Shown piece by piece: positions 14,276-28,569 of a DNA stretch of 64,000 nt. Origin of the DNA: the human T2T-CHM13v2.0 reference genome, Homo sapiens. The translations under genes were made by a program, and so were the position numbers. How positions within the stretch are numbered: the stretch's first letter is position 1; each line of letters starts with the position of its first letter. The stretch is taken from assembly GCF_009914755.1 (NCBI RefSeq), contig NC_060930.1; one strand, 5' to 3'. The notes beneath the pieces were generated by a model. The model made no database searches and was not told the origin of the DNA. It was given only the letters and a program-made list of their open reading frames with translations.

Positions 14276-14517
14276 GTTCTCATTCACTTGGAAGATTCTA
14301 AACTGAGATTTCGAGTTTGAATTTTTTTTGAAATGTTGCCAGTTAATGCATCAATAATTTATCAGCCGGTGTTCATTATATAACGTTATACTTTAACAAG
14401 GACACTAAGCACTAAACTATTTAAAGATCTTCGTCTTTACAAAGGTACTACAAAGGAAACTACAAAGACTGTAGTTTCTGAAGTTAAGAAATGCAGACCG
14501 ATCCTTTGTTTCTGCAT

Positions 14518-14596
14518 TCATCCATTTGCATTGCTATAAAGGAATACCTAAGACTGGGTAATTTACAAAGAAAAAAAGTTTATTTTGGCTCACAGT
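14518..14596 (-). mobile_element. MST/THE1-type (MaLR) LTR fragment
   Basis: 'tccatttgcattgctataaaggaatacctaagactgggtaatttacaaagaaaa...ttttggctcacagt'. Confidence 0.7.
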
Positions 14597-15174
14597 TGTT
14601 TCCTGACTTTTTAATAATATATATATTTTATATATATTATATATATATATATATTTTTATCATTGGGATTAAATTTTGGCCTGGTGTTCACTTTCTTTAT
14701 ATATTTATGAACAATTTAATAATGAGGTGAAATAGCCTTAAGTCTGATATATGATGCACCCACATATAAATGGAAATGGCATGCACAAAGACACTTTACT
14801 ATTGGAACTGTATTGGAAAATTTATGAAATTTTAGGTAAAATTGCACCTAAAATTGTGTTATTAGTGACTGTAAGTAGCAATGCTAAATTTATTGTACTT
14901 GATGAATGAATGTATTTAGGCTAGTCATGGTTACTTTGGTTTAAATGTCTAAATAACATCTTTAGTTTTAAAAATGTGTTTGTAATTTGTACTATTGACA
15001 GGAGGATATTCTTGGACTGCAGCGGTTATTGGCAATGTGTGATTTGTGTTTTCTTACTTTATAGAATTATCTAATGTGATATGCTGATTTTTACAGGTAA
15101 TATTTAGATATTTCTAATAATTGTATATTTGACAACCTACTAAAATGATTTGCTTTGGGAAAAAACTGAAAAAC

Positions 15175-18100
15175 AATACTCAAACATAGGCTGCCTGTAA
15201 GAGGCTAACTTTAACTTAAAGAACACACATTGACTGAAAAAAATATTTCATGCAAGTAGAAACCAAAAGACAGCAGGGGTAGCTCTACTTATATTAGACA
15301 GACTTTAAGTCCAAAACTGTAAAAAGAGACAGAGAAAGTCATTACATGATAAAAGGGTCAATTCATCAAAAGGACGTAACAATTGTAAATATATATACAC
15401 CTAATACTAGATCATCTAAATGTATAAAGAAAGTATTAATAGACCTAAAAAGAAACAGACTGCAATACAGTAATAGCAGGGTTTTTCAACACTTCGCTTT
15501 CAACAATGAACATGTCATCTAGACAGAAATCAATAAGGAAACACTGGACTTGAAACGCACATTAGATCAAATGGACCTAACAGACATATATAGAACATTC
15601 CATCCAACAGCAACAGAATACTCATTCTTCTCAAGTGCAAATGGGACATTATCCAGGATCAAATATTAGGGAACAAAATAAGTCTCCACAGTTTTAAGAA
15701 GATCGAAATCATATCAAGTATCTTTTCTGACCACAAAGTTATGAAAGTAGAAGTGAATAATAGGAGAAAATTTAAAATATTTACAAACGTGGAAATTAAA
15801 CAACATGCTCCTGAATAAACAATGGGTTAAATAAAAAATCAAAAGCAAAATTAAAAAAAATCTTAAGACAGATGAAAATGAAAACACAACATACCACAAC
15901 TTATGGCATGTAGCAAAAGAAGATATTAGCAAGAGGAATGTTTGTAGTAATAAATGCCTATATTAAAAAAGAAGAAAGATCCCAAACAACCTAATGTTAC
16001 ATGTCAAGAAACCAGAAAAAGAGAAGAGCAAACTAATCCCAAAGTTAGCAGAAGGAAGGAAATAACAAAGATCAGAGCAGAAATAAATAAGAAGCTAGAA
16101 AACAATAGAATGCATTCACAAAACTAAGACTTGAATTTTTGAAAAGATAAAAACAATTGGCAAAACTTGAGTAGACCAACTAAGAAGAAAAGAAGACTCT
16201 AATAAAGTCAAAAATGAAAGAGGAGACATTACAATTGATACTACAGAAGTACAAAAGCTCATAAAAGAATACTATGAACAATTTTACACCAACGAATAGG
16301 GTAACCTAGAAGAAATGGTTAAATTTCTAGAAACATAACAAAAATGAATCATGAAAAAAACAGAAAATCTGAACAGACTAATAATGAGTAAGGAGGTTGA
16401 ATCAGTAATAAAAGTCTTCTACCAAACAAAAACCCAGAATATGATGGATTTTGCATTCATGGTTTGGAAGAATTAATATTATTAAAATATGTGTACTACC
16501 TAAAGTGATACACAGATTCAGTGCAATTTCTATAAAAGTTCAATGACTTTTTTGTTTCACAGAAATAGAAAAAGCAATTTAAAAATTCATATGGAATGAC
16601 AAAAACCCCTAAGTAGCTGAAGCACTTTTGAGCAAAAAGAGCAAAGCTGGAGGCATCACACTACCTGTTTCAAAATATATTACACAGTTATAGTATTCAA
16701 AACAGAAAGGTAGTGGCATAACAACAGACACACGGACCAATGTAATGTGATAGAGAGCCCAGAGATAAACTCATGCATTTGTGGTTAACTGATTTTTGCC
16801 AAAGATGCCAAGAATGAACACACTATGGAGAAAGGGCAGTATCTTTAATAAATGATGCTGGGAAAATCAAATACCCAAATACAGAACAATGAAATTGAAA
16901 CCTTATTTCACACCATATGCAAAAATCCTCTAAAAATGGTTTAAAGATTTAAATGTGTGACCAGAAAATGTAAAATTACTAGAAGAAAACATAGGGAAAA
17001 ATGTTCTTGAAATTAATCTTGGCAATAATTTATTGGTGATGATCTCAATAGCACAGGAAACCAAAGCAGAAATAGACAAATGGGATTACCTCAAACCAAA
17101 AACCTTCTGTATAACAAAGTAAATAACGGATTGAAGAGACAACCCATGGACTGGGAGAAAATATTTACAAACCATACATGGCTAATATCCAAAATATGTA
17201 AGAAATGCAAACAACTTAAATTTGTTAGCAAGAAAACAAAGAACCCCTTTTAAAACTGAGCAAAACACTTAATGGACATCTTTCAAAAGATGACATAAAA
17301 GACTAACAGATACATAACAAAATTTCTCAACATCAAGGAAATACAAATTAAAACCACAATAAGATATCACCTCATACCTGTTAGAATGGCTATATCAATA
17401 AAATAAGAGTTAATAAGTATTAGCAAGGATGTGGAGAAGGGAATCCTTATATACTAATGGTAGTAATGTAAATTAATACAGCCATTATTGAAATCAGCAT
17501 GGAGGTTCCTCAAAAAAAGATAGAATTACCATATGATCCAGCAACTATATTTCTGAGTACATAGCCAAAGAGATTGAAATTAATATGTTAAAAATATATT
17601 GGTAGATTTTCCTCTAATTTGGTCTTAACGTCTCTCTTTGAAGAGGAGCCAGAAACTCTAGCCCTGCTCTGATGGGCTCCAGTGGAGGTGGTTGTGGTTG
17701 TGGATGTTTTCAGTGTTTTTTTCGTGGAATACTTCTATATCCTGATGGAGAGCTAATGCCTAATTGTCCTATTTATGACCAGGTGTCCCTCTCACTGGAA
17801 ACTCATTTTCACTGGCAGACACCCTTGTGGCTCTTGTCTGACTAGTGTGTCCAGTTCATTCCTACCAAGATAACCACTCTTTAAGAGAGCCTTGTCCAGA
17901 AAAGAAGTTAATTTCACGTATGTCAGTCACGCGAGACGCAAGTAAAAAAAAACACGTAATAGAAGTAGTTTTATTACTTAAAGATCCAGAGAGAAGAAGG
18001 AAACTTTCCTCACAGGCCTAACGGGAGAAGGGGCAGCCCTCAGAGACATGCATGCTCAACCAGTGGGTGGGTAGCAAGGGAGAGTGAGTGACAGCCGAGA

Positions 18101-18830
18101 AGGCCGAAGCCTTTACTGGGGTACACAGCATTTCCTAAGCAGGGAGTAACTGATTGCTGGGTTTAAAGCAAGCAGGCATGAGTTCTTGGGAGTTATGTTG
18201 TATTGAGAGGTGTTCACTACTGCAAGTCTTCAGTCCATGTGGGGTGTGGGGATCAGTGGGATAAGTCAAACAGGTTGTATCTAGGTGCTCCACAGGAAGG
18301 TGGAAACCAAGAGGCCAAATATCTGGATTGACCACCTTGAGAAACTGGGAGAGGAGAACTCGAAATTGTGTTAAGGGTGACTAAGCCCTGCTTCTGGTAT
18401 GAGAAAGTTCAACTTATATTGAAAATAAACACTGAGGCAACATAAAATCATAAGAATTCACTACAGATATTTGCACTACCATGTTCATTGTAGCATTATT
18501 CACAATAGCTGAGATATGGAAGGAACTTAAATGCCCATCAATGGATAAACAGATAAATATATAAAAGGGATATAATGTGATATATATGAGCCACATTATC
18601 TATATAAAATGGAATACTATCCAGCCTTAAAGAAAAAAGGAAATTCTGTCTTTTCAACAACATTCATGAACCTGCAGGACATTATGCAAAGTGAAAGAAG
18701 CCAGACACAGAAAGACAAATACCACGTGATCTCACTCATATGTGGAATCTAAAAAAAGATAAACTCATGCAAGTGGAGAGTAGAATATAGCTACCTTGGG
18801 GGTAGGGGATGGGGAAAGGGGAGATTTTAA
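15175..18830 (+). mobile_element. Old L1 (L1MA-like) ORF2 to 3' region, degenerate, interrupted by an LTR at 17600-18465
   Basis: Recognisable ORF2 endonuclease-region and downstream sequence ('gataaaagggtcaattcatcaa', 'aaagctggaggcatcacactacctg', 'atgttcattgtagcattattcacaatagc'). The L1 continues colinearly across the LTR. Confidence 0.88.
17600..18465 (-). mobile_element. ERV1-class solo LTR (MER66-like)
   Basis: The reverse strand begins TGTAGTGAATTCTTATGATTTTATGTTGCC and ends in CA; it contains the MER4-group motif 'ggcagacacccttgtggctcttgtctgac'; near-TSD tatat/gatat. Confidence 0.7.
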
Positions 18831-19204
18831 ACACAAGATATTTTTTAACCTTTTGCAGGAAAAATCTTGGAATTGAATTTAAAAGACAACTGGGATGGCA
18901 TAAATAATATAGGTCAGTCTCAAAGAGCACGTCATTAGTAAGGAATAGATATACAGTTTAGTCTTTATGTATTCTAGTTTTTCAGTTGAATGGCTCTGAA
19001 ATCACTCCTTTTTTCCAGTTGTCTTGTAAATTTTACCCTTAGCCCCATGGAAAACTGAAAAAAAATCACATGGCTCAGTAAAACCCATTCCCTTTATTGT
19101 AAATATAACTCACAGCATCTTTTCCCATATTTGTAAGTGATAAATTCACTGTCATCACAGTAAGACTATAACATCATACTGAAGATATTTCTGTGAAGAG
19201 TTTT

Positions 19205-19680
19205 GTACTGAGAACACCACACCAGGACAACTTGAAGGGCATTAATTGCAACTTTGGGATTTATACTCCCAAAGGCCCCAGTCAATGAAAGAGTATCCCA
19301 TTATTCTTTTTGGTTCCATAAAGATTCCATTTACTCTGGGATAAAGGGTCCATCCCCTGATACCTTGAATGCTCTAAAGTATTCCCACATTCTGCTAAAA
19401 AGCAGATCTTTTGGACAAACTCAGGCTCTCTTTTCTGTAGCAATGACAATCACAGTTATTTCCAGACTCTGTTCTCCATAGTTAGATTTAAAACATTGGC
19501 AAAAATGTTATAAGAAGGCAATTAGGTTGATGTTTCTAGGTTGCATGGCAACCAGAGAGCCCCTTCATCAGTTTATACATGATGAGGTCGTAGGCCAGGT
19601 AGAGAGTGACAGGGAACAGGGACAAACACAGGAAGGTCAGTACTGAAAGAAGTTGGCGCACTTCTTAAGGGGTGTACAGC
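19205..19680 (+). promoter_or_regulatory. Candidate OR2J1 promoter / first non-coding exon
   Basis: Non-repeat block alignable with 28570-29020 upstream of OR2J3; shares 'cttgaagggcattaattgc(a/t)actttgggattta' (homeodomain TAATTG) and O/E-like TCCC motifs. Confidence 0.6.
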
Positions 19681-19699
19681 TTCTGTATTTCAAAATTGC

Positions 19700-19870
19700 A
19701 GGAAGTGTAGATTTTAAATGTTCTTACTACAAAAAAATGATGTGTGTGAGGTGATAGGTACATTAACTAGCTTAATATAATCATTCTATGATGTATATAC
19801 ATATCAAAACATTACAATGTACTCCATACATATATACAATTATTACTAGTCAATGAAAAAGTAAGAAAAC
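19700..19870 (+). mobile_element. L1MA/MB 3' terminal fragment
   Basis: 'gtagattttaaatgttcttactacaaaaaaatgatgtgtgtgaggtgataggtacattaactagctt...catatcaaaacattac'. Confidence 0.75.
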
Positions 19871-21672
19871 AAACCAGATATAGTATAAAGGAATGAATAT
19901 GACACGAATTGGGAAAATGTCTCTTAGTAATAATTGGGGAAAGAAGAGACACTCAGCCATCCATTTTCCCTACAGTGTTTGATTTAAAAGAAGAGAGAAG
20001 ATATTTTATTCCATAGTTCATAAAAGCTACATTTGATAGGGTCTTCATTTCCCTCTTTTCCTCCAAGAAGAAAATCGAAGCTGCAAACTTTTCTCTACGT
20101 GAGTTCTGGGTTTTTTTTTTTTTTTGTCCCTTATTTCCTATCCTTTTTATCGACTCTGGAAGAATGCTGAAAGATGGTTTATACAACAGAAAAATATCAG
20201 ATTTCACCTTTTAATTACTGTAGTAAGGAAGTCAGGCAGCTGCATTAGGAAAGAAAATTATACCTGCATTAGCAAAAGTATCCACAACATTTGAGTTCAA
20301 GTATCTTACAGAATATTACCTTTCAACCTAGCGAAATTTTTAAAAAAATTCTTGCAATTTTTCCATGATTTCTCAAAAGGTAATGATCATTTCATTATCA
20401 ACAATATGGAAAAGTGTACAGATATCTTTGTACCTGTCTGGAGCATCTGCACAGACTTGGCCCAAGTTCAACGTTCCTAGCTCTCCAGCTGTAACTCAAC
20501 TAATTAGGCAAACCCTTACATCTTTTTCAAGAGTCAAGATTAGAATATTTGAGTTGTTAAAAGTTTTTCAAAACACTGAAGGTGAGTTGGGTGTAAATAA
20601 ATTTGTCTTTTGTCATATTTTATCAGAGAGTATGAGAGGAAGAGTTGGCTGTGGCAGGAGGGGAGCAGAAGGGGGATGGCAATGCTATTTAGGAATATTG
20701 AAGAAAACCCAGAAATACAAATTATAAGTTGTGACTCAGAATTTAAAGTATAGTTCAGTTATTGGCCTAAAGCATATAAAATTTTTTAGAAACCACATTT
20801 AAGTCTTCTTGTCCCTGTCTAACAATCCTGTGTTATACATTCTTTCAATTTCAAATGCCACATTCTGACCTCCTCTTCACTGTTGTGCCTCAAAGCACTC
20901 TTCCTTTCTCTCTTACACCTCCCGGTGTTTTTGTTAGACTCTGTAATCTTTCTGTCTTCCAATAATAATTATACCCCCATGTAACTTTGGAAGCACTCTA
21001 TCACTGATATCTCTACTCTATTTCACTTTATTAATCAGCTTTGCTTATATTGTGAATTTTTATAAGTTGGTGTGTGTGTGCATGTCTGTTTAAACCTTCA
21101 TTTGCATGTTATTTTATTCGTCTAGAAATAAACTGCTAGCATAAATAAATGAATATCATTTAATTCTTTCTATAATCATATCCAATTATTTCTTTTCAGT
21201 TCATATTAATATTTTAAAGTGACTACCTAATTGCTCTTTAACATGGGAAGTTCCTATCTATAAGTAAGATTATTATGGCTGCAGTTATTCCTTTCTCTGT
21301 AACTGCAAAATTGGAAATAGTCTGAAAATGCAAAAAAAAATCAATTTAACTTTTTAAAATAAAAAATTATTTTCTTAAATATTGTCTTTCTGATTATGGA
21401 ATATCTTAGTCTTCATTTATCCAAATGTTAACTCAAGGATGTATATAAAAGAACTCAGTAACTTGAAAAGCTATTACTTGTATCCACAGCTGGACAAATA
21501 TCTCAATGAAGCATACAAAGGAAACTGTATAAAAATTCTACTGCCATAATGGTGCACACTATCTGGAATTGGGAAACTTTTTTCTCCAATCTGTTTGCAA
21601 GTGAGCAGTTGGCAATGCATGGACAGACTTTGAGTTTATGCGATTCTTTCTTTAGGTACAGGAAAAATAAGA

Positions 21673-22611
21673 ATGTTGATGAAAAAAAATGCAAGTTTTG
21701 AAGACTTCTTTATTCTACTTGGATTTTCTAACTGGCCTCATCTGGAAGTAGTTCTCTTTGTGGTTATCTTGATCTTCTACTTGATAACACTGATAGGAAA
21801 CCTGTTCATCATCATCCTGTCATACCTGGACTCCCATCTCCACACTCCCATGTACTTCTTCCTTTCAAATCTCTCATTTCTGGATCTCTGCTACACCACC
21901 AGCTCTATCCCTCAGTTGCTGGTGAATCTCTGGGGCCCGGAAAAGACCATCTCTTATGCTGGTTGTACGGTTCAACTTTACTTTGTTCTCGCACTGGGAA
22001 CCGCAGAGTGTGTCCTACTGGTGGTGATGTCCTATGATCGTTATGCAGCTGTGTGTAGACCTTTGCATTACACTGTCCTCATGCACCCTCGTTTCTGCCG
22101 CTTGTTGGCTGCGGCTTCTTGGGTAAGTGGTTTTACAACCTCAGCACTTCATTCCTCCTTTACTTTCTGGATACCCCTATGTAGACATCGCCTAGTGGAT
22201 CACTTCTTCTGTGAAGTTCCAGCACTTCTGCGATTATCATGTGTTGATACCCAGGCAAATGAGCTGACCCTCATGGTCATGAGCTCCATTTTTGTTCTCA
22301 TACCTCTCATCCTCATCCTCACTTCCTATGGTGCCATTGCCCGGGCTGTACTGAGCATGCAATCAACCACTGGGCTTCAGAAAGTGCTTAGGACATGTGG
22401 AGCCCATCTTATGGTTGTATCTCTCTTTTTCATTCCAGTCATGTGCATGTATCTCCAGCCACCATCAGAAAATTCTCAAGATCAAGGCAAGTTCATTGCC
22501 CTCTTTTACACTGTTGTCACACCTAGTCTTAACCCTCTAATCTACACTTTCAGAAACAAGGATGTAAGAGGGGCAGTGAAGAGACTAATGGGGTGGGAAT
22601 GGGGGATGTGA
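21673..22611 (+). CDS. OR2J1: Olfactory receptor 2J1 (312 aa), open-reading-frame allele
   Basis: Intact OR ORF ([35 protein letters not shown]); N-terminus [12 protein letters not shown] and C-terminus WEWGM recognised as OR2J1; acceptor AG at 21654-21655. Confidence 0.92.
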   Translation: MLMKKNASFEDFFILLGFSNWPHLEVVLFVVILIFYLITLIGNLFIIILSYLDSHLHTPMYFFLSNLSFLDLCYTTSSIPQLLVNLWGPEKTISYAGCTVQLYFVLALGTAECVLLVVMSYDRYAAVCRPLHYTVLMHPRFCRLLAAASWVSGFTTSALHSSFTFWIPLCRHRLVDHFFCEVPALLRLSCVDTQANELTLMVMSSIFVLIPLILILTSYGAIARAVLSMQSTTGLQKVLRTCGAHLMVVSLFFIPVMCMYLQPPSENSQDQGKFIALFYTVVTPSLNPLIYTFRNKDVRGAVKRLMGWEWGM

Positions 22612-23734
22612 CAGGGAAATCATGTTGGCTGTTGTTTTTCCTAGGGTCTTATCCATTTTGAAAGGTTGTTTCCCTGCTTCTTTGTGATTTGTGTTTCATC
22701 TAACAGCTCACAAAACATGGAATAGTTCAGTTCCCCCATTTGTTGCTCTGTTTAATATTTAGTTCTGAAATATTATGTTGAGATAAAGGTTTTGATTAGT
22801 ACCATTTTGTTCTTTTACAATTCTATATTTATTTCCATGAAAATTGTGGACTGTGGTTTCAACATAAATAAATGTGTGTGTGAATAATTATGAGGAGATT
22901 ATTTAAAAAATATTGGCAATATTTCTGACAATGTGCTAAATTATGAACTGACCATTGATATGTATAGGAAGAGAAGGGCAATATTGCAAAGATGTAGGCT
23001 GAAGAAGTTTTTGGTTATTAAATAAACCTTAAATGAAGCTAAAAATAGTCACAGCAAAGAAAAATAGTAAACATAATGAATAACACCATTTATTATATGG
23101 TAAAGGATATGTCATAATTTTTTGGTTGAAGTTCACTTTTTAAAGACACTAAATTATATAATTTATCCTGTAGGTCTGCATTCTTGTCACATTGAACAGT
23201 AAACTAATATCTCTTTAAAATGGCTGATTCGTTCATCTGTCCATTTATTCATTAACTTATTCTTCATTAGCTAAATCTTACTGGACATGTACTCTCTCCC
23301 AGTTTGTGAAATTCTTGGTAACATGTATAAATATAACATACTTTGTCTGAACAGAATGCACTCTCTATCGGGAAAAATGGTAACATAAGATAAAAGATGA
23401 AGTATCTGTACATGGCTTAATTTGTCACTGGGGTTAATGCTAATAAATTAAGATAGCTTTTAAAAATCAGAAACAATATACTCTGATTACTCTTCAGATT
23501 GTATACATCTTTCACTTTTTAAAAATCGAAAGCAAAACAATAAGTTTGATAATAAACTCTGATAATAAATTCATAGCTCCTGTAGGAAGACAGTGCTATT
23601 AAATGAAACAAAGCAGAATATGTGCTTAATTTGCTTTAGTTGGCCTAGTTAATGACATATTAAAGATAGCTTAAAACTCTTAACATCCTTGTTCTTTGCT
23701 GAATAGCATTATTAAAAAAATTTCTTTATTTTGA

Positions 23735-24740
<1,006 letters not shown>

Positions 24741-24869
24741 CATCACATCTCACACAGACTTCACAAAATATGAGAACATAGATTCCTCCTGCCTCCGTGG
24801 AAATCTTACCATTTGTAATATGTCATGTGTCACTCCAGCTTCTCAAGATCTACACGACTCTTTTCTTTT

Positions 24870-26470
24870 CAAATTTATTGAAGTATAATTTATGTACAAA
24901 GAAATCTACACATTTTAAGTATATAGTTCAATGAATTTTTTTATATTTTCTTTTTATTGTATTTTTGTTAGACATCAAATATTGGATTTAATAAGCTATC
25001 GGAAAAAGTGTATAATTATAATCCTTTATACTGTAACAGTACTACACAACTTATAAAGCACATTAATATATTTTGTTTCATTAGAATTTTGGTCATCATA
25101 GAAACCCTAAAGCTTTGTTGACTATTAGCCTCTTGAAACAAAAGAAAAATAAGATATAAACATTATTGTTCCTATGTTAAAGATTAGGAAATTGAGTCTC
25201 AGAGAGATTAAGTAGTCTTGTCTAAATGCACGCACTAATAAATGGCAAATTTGAGTCTCAAAGACAGGTTTCTCAATATCAAATTGAAAGAATAGTTCAG
25301 TGAGTTTGACAAATGTATAATTGTGTAAATGCCACCACAATCAAGATTATAGGACATTTCTATTACTCCCCAAAGAACTTCCGTTTTGTAGTCAACTTTC
25401 CCCTTTTAGTCATAGCCTGAGGCAGCATTAATTTTCTCTAAATGTACTTGGTTTTTCCCACTTTTAGAATTTCAAATAATTGCAATCATGCAGTGTGTAA
25501 TCTTTGGGTGTGGCTTGTTTCATTTAGCATGATGTTTTTGACATTTATTATGTTGCCACATGTATCAGTTACTTTTTCCTTTTTATTGCTTGTTAGAACT
25601 CCATTGTACGAATGTGCGACAATTTATCCATTTATCTGTGAAGGGCTTTGGGAGTATTTAAAATTTTTGGCTATTATGAATAATGCTGCTATGAAAATTT
25701 GTATACAAGTGTTTGTGTGGATGCATGTTTTCACTTAATTTGGGTAAATACCTTTTATTTGTACCTCTCCAGGAGGACCACATGCTTAGTGTATATTATC
25801 TTTATGAGATACTGCAAAAATGTTTTCAAGTGGCTGTTCTATTTTCACTTCAAACAGCAGTGTATGAGAGTTCCAAATGAACTCACATTCTTTCTAATAC
25901 TTGGTATTGTCAGTTTTTATACTTTTCACCTCTCAAGTTAGGTTACCTGTGGCTATAATTTGCATTGAGGGGTGTTGACATTGACCATCCTCTTGTGTGC
26001 TTTTCATATGCTTCATATATGTTATTTTGTGTAGCTTCTGTTCAAATATTTTACTCACTTTAAAAATTGGGTCATTTGTCTTCTTATTGTTGAATTTGAA
26101 GTTCTTTGTATACTCTGAACTCAAGTCCTTGGTCAAACAAATCTTTTGCAAATAGAATACTGTCATATCTTTCAAAGAGAAAAATTTTAACTTTAATAAA
26201 ATACAGTGTGTCATTTCCACAGAAAAAGCCTGGTGGCATTTTGATTGGGGATTGCATTGAATTTATAGACCAATTGGAGAAGAACTGGCAACTTGACAAC
26301 ATTGACTTTTCTGATCTGGGGACATGATATAGATCTCCATTTACTTACATCTTATTTTCTTTCAGAAGCATTTGAGGTTTTCATTGTATAGCTATTGTCC
26401 ATATTTTGTTAAAGTCACCTCTATGTATTTCATGTTTTTAGATACCACTATAAATTGTATAGAAATATGA
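24870..26470 (-). mobile_element. Ancient L1M (MB/ME) fragments with a MIR-like insert (about 25140-25275)
   Basis: Degenerate reverse L1 ORF2/3' sequence ('ggcattttgattggggattgcattgaatttatagacc'); the ORF track gives the L1-like fragment MLSSCQFFSNWSINSMQSPIK. Confidence 0.75.
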
Positions 26471-26490
26471 CTGATTTTTTTCCATCGTCT

Positions 26491-26865
26491 GTTTTATTTT
26501 ATTTTATTATTATTTAAGTTCTAGGGTACATGTGCACAACGTGCAGGTTTGTTACGTAGGTATACATGTGCCATGTTGGTTTGCTGCATCCATCAATTAA
26601 TCATTTACATTAGGTATTTCTCCTAATGCTATCCCTCCCGCATCCCCCCCACCGCCCCCACAGGCCCTGGTGTATGATGTTTCCCCCCAGGTCCAACTGT
26701 TCTCATTGTTCAATGCCCACCTATGCGTGAGAACATGTGGTGTTTGGTTTTCTGTTCTTGTGATAGTTTGCTGAGAATGATGGCTTCCAGCTTCATCCAT
26801 GTCCCTGCAAAGGACATGAACACATCCTTTTCGATGGCTGCATAGTACTCCATGTTGTATATGTG
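26491..26865 (-). mobile_element. L1PA 5'-truncated 3' end
   Basis: 'ttctagggtacatgtgcacaacgtgcaggtttgttacg...ggctgcatagtactccatg'. Confidence 0.92.
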
Positions 26866-28569
26866 AATTTTCTAGGCCTTAACTCCAACTGAGCTTCCCA
26901 TCTACAATGCTTTAATAGTTTGTGATCTACTCTAATTCACATTCCTCCCATACAAAGCACTCAAATTAACAGAAGCTCAACAGAGATCATTTAGTGTCTT
27001 TTATTCCTTTTGATTCCTCAGATGTGACTTTCAATGTGTTTTATTTATCTGAGTGTGTATTGTAGAGAAAAAAGTTGAGGGTTGCTTCCTTAGAAATACT
27101 TTGCTGTAATTAAATCATGTTATGCCAGCTGTATTTTCACAAGTTACTAACATCACACCTAAAAATGTTAACATTTGCTGGCACCCAGTAGATTGGCAGG
27201 GGCCAAAAACTCTCCTACAATTCTAGTTACCAAAACATGAAAAATATTGGAGCTTGGTACAATCTCCTACAGACCAGGATATCAGACATTTCCTGGATTT
27301 TGATAACTGATTGAATTCTGCTAGTCCCCACAGGTTGTAGGATCACTGGTCAAATTCCTCTCCAATAAGATAGAGAAGTTTAGACATATGATTATATGAC
27401 TATTTAATCATATTTATCTTAAAAATAATATTTAATATATTTTAAAGTAAACTGGAATGATATATACCAAGCTCATGGTAGTTGTCTCTGGATTTAGTGT
27501 TGGGTCAGAGAGTGACAGTTGAAGGGGATATGAACTTTATCTGTGATACTTTATGTGCTAAAAATTCTGAAAATAAAAATGACAAAAGTTATGGTTGATG
27601 ATTCTGAATGATGGGAACATAAGGGTTTATTTTTAATATTTTAAATATCTAAAATAAAGGATGAAGAAATAATATAGAATGACTTGTTAAAATATCACTT
27701 CAAATTAAAATTCACTATAATGGTAATAGCAGCTAACATGTATTGAATGATTATGCACTAGGCATCGAGGATAATGTTTACGTATTTTTCACATGGAGTT
27801 TTCACAACAATCAAGACTACTGAAGCCAAGACTGTTTTCAGTTGCTTCACATAAGTGGACAGGAAAATACCTGATCATGCTCTTAAAAGTACTGACTTTA
27901 AAATATAATTGTATTGTAAATGTGACTTGATTTTCATACCAAGACTTTGTCTGGTACACATGGAATATATCACCTAGACACAATGTAACAATTGAAAAAT
28001 CTTCATTAGTTTATAAACTCACAATGTGCTTTTTTTTTTAAACATGGGATGTAGGCTAGCTATCACAGCTAATTTAGCTTTTTTATATATTTCTGCAAAG
28101 CTTTTAACAAGACATCAAAAGAAATTATTGATAACAATATTTTGGAAATATTAAATAATTTTGTTAAAAGTTTTCTGAGTTTGATAGTGACCTTCTGAGT
28201 ATAGTTTGAATGGTCTTCAAAGGTAATTTTTAACACTTTTGCAGGGCTGAACTTGGCCTTGAATTTTAGAGATGTTAGACACAATTAAAAATTCAAATTA
28301 ATAAAACAAATATGTATAATGTAGTCATTATATTTCCTTTTAAAAAATGTTTCATGCCTTTTCCCATTCCCAAATTAGACTACCTAACAAGCTATATCTC
28401 AAATTTGGCCTCTAGCATACTGAAGAATTGGGGAAGAGGTTTCAGGTAACTCAAGATAACCCATTCCCTTCCCTGCAGATACAGCTCAAAGTATTTTTCT
28501 CTGCTATGGCTGGACTATAGATTCCTTGTCATCCTCGTACAACAATGTGGCATCATGCCAAGAACATCA

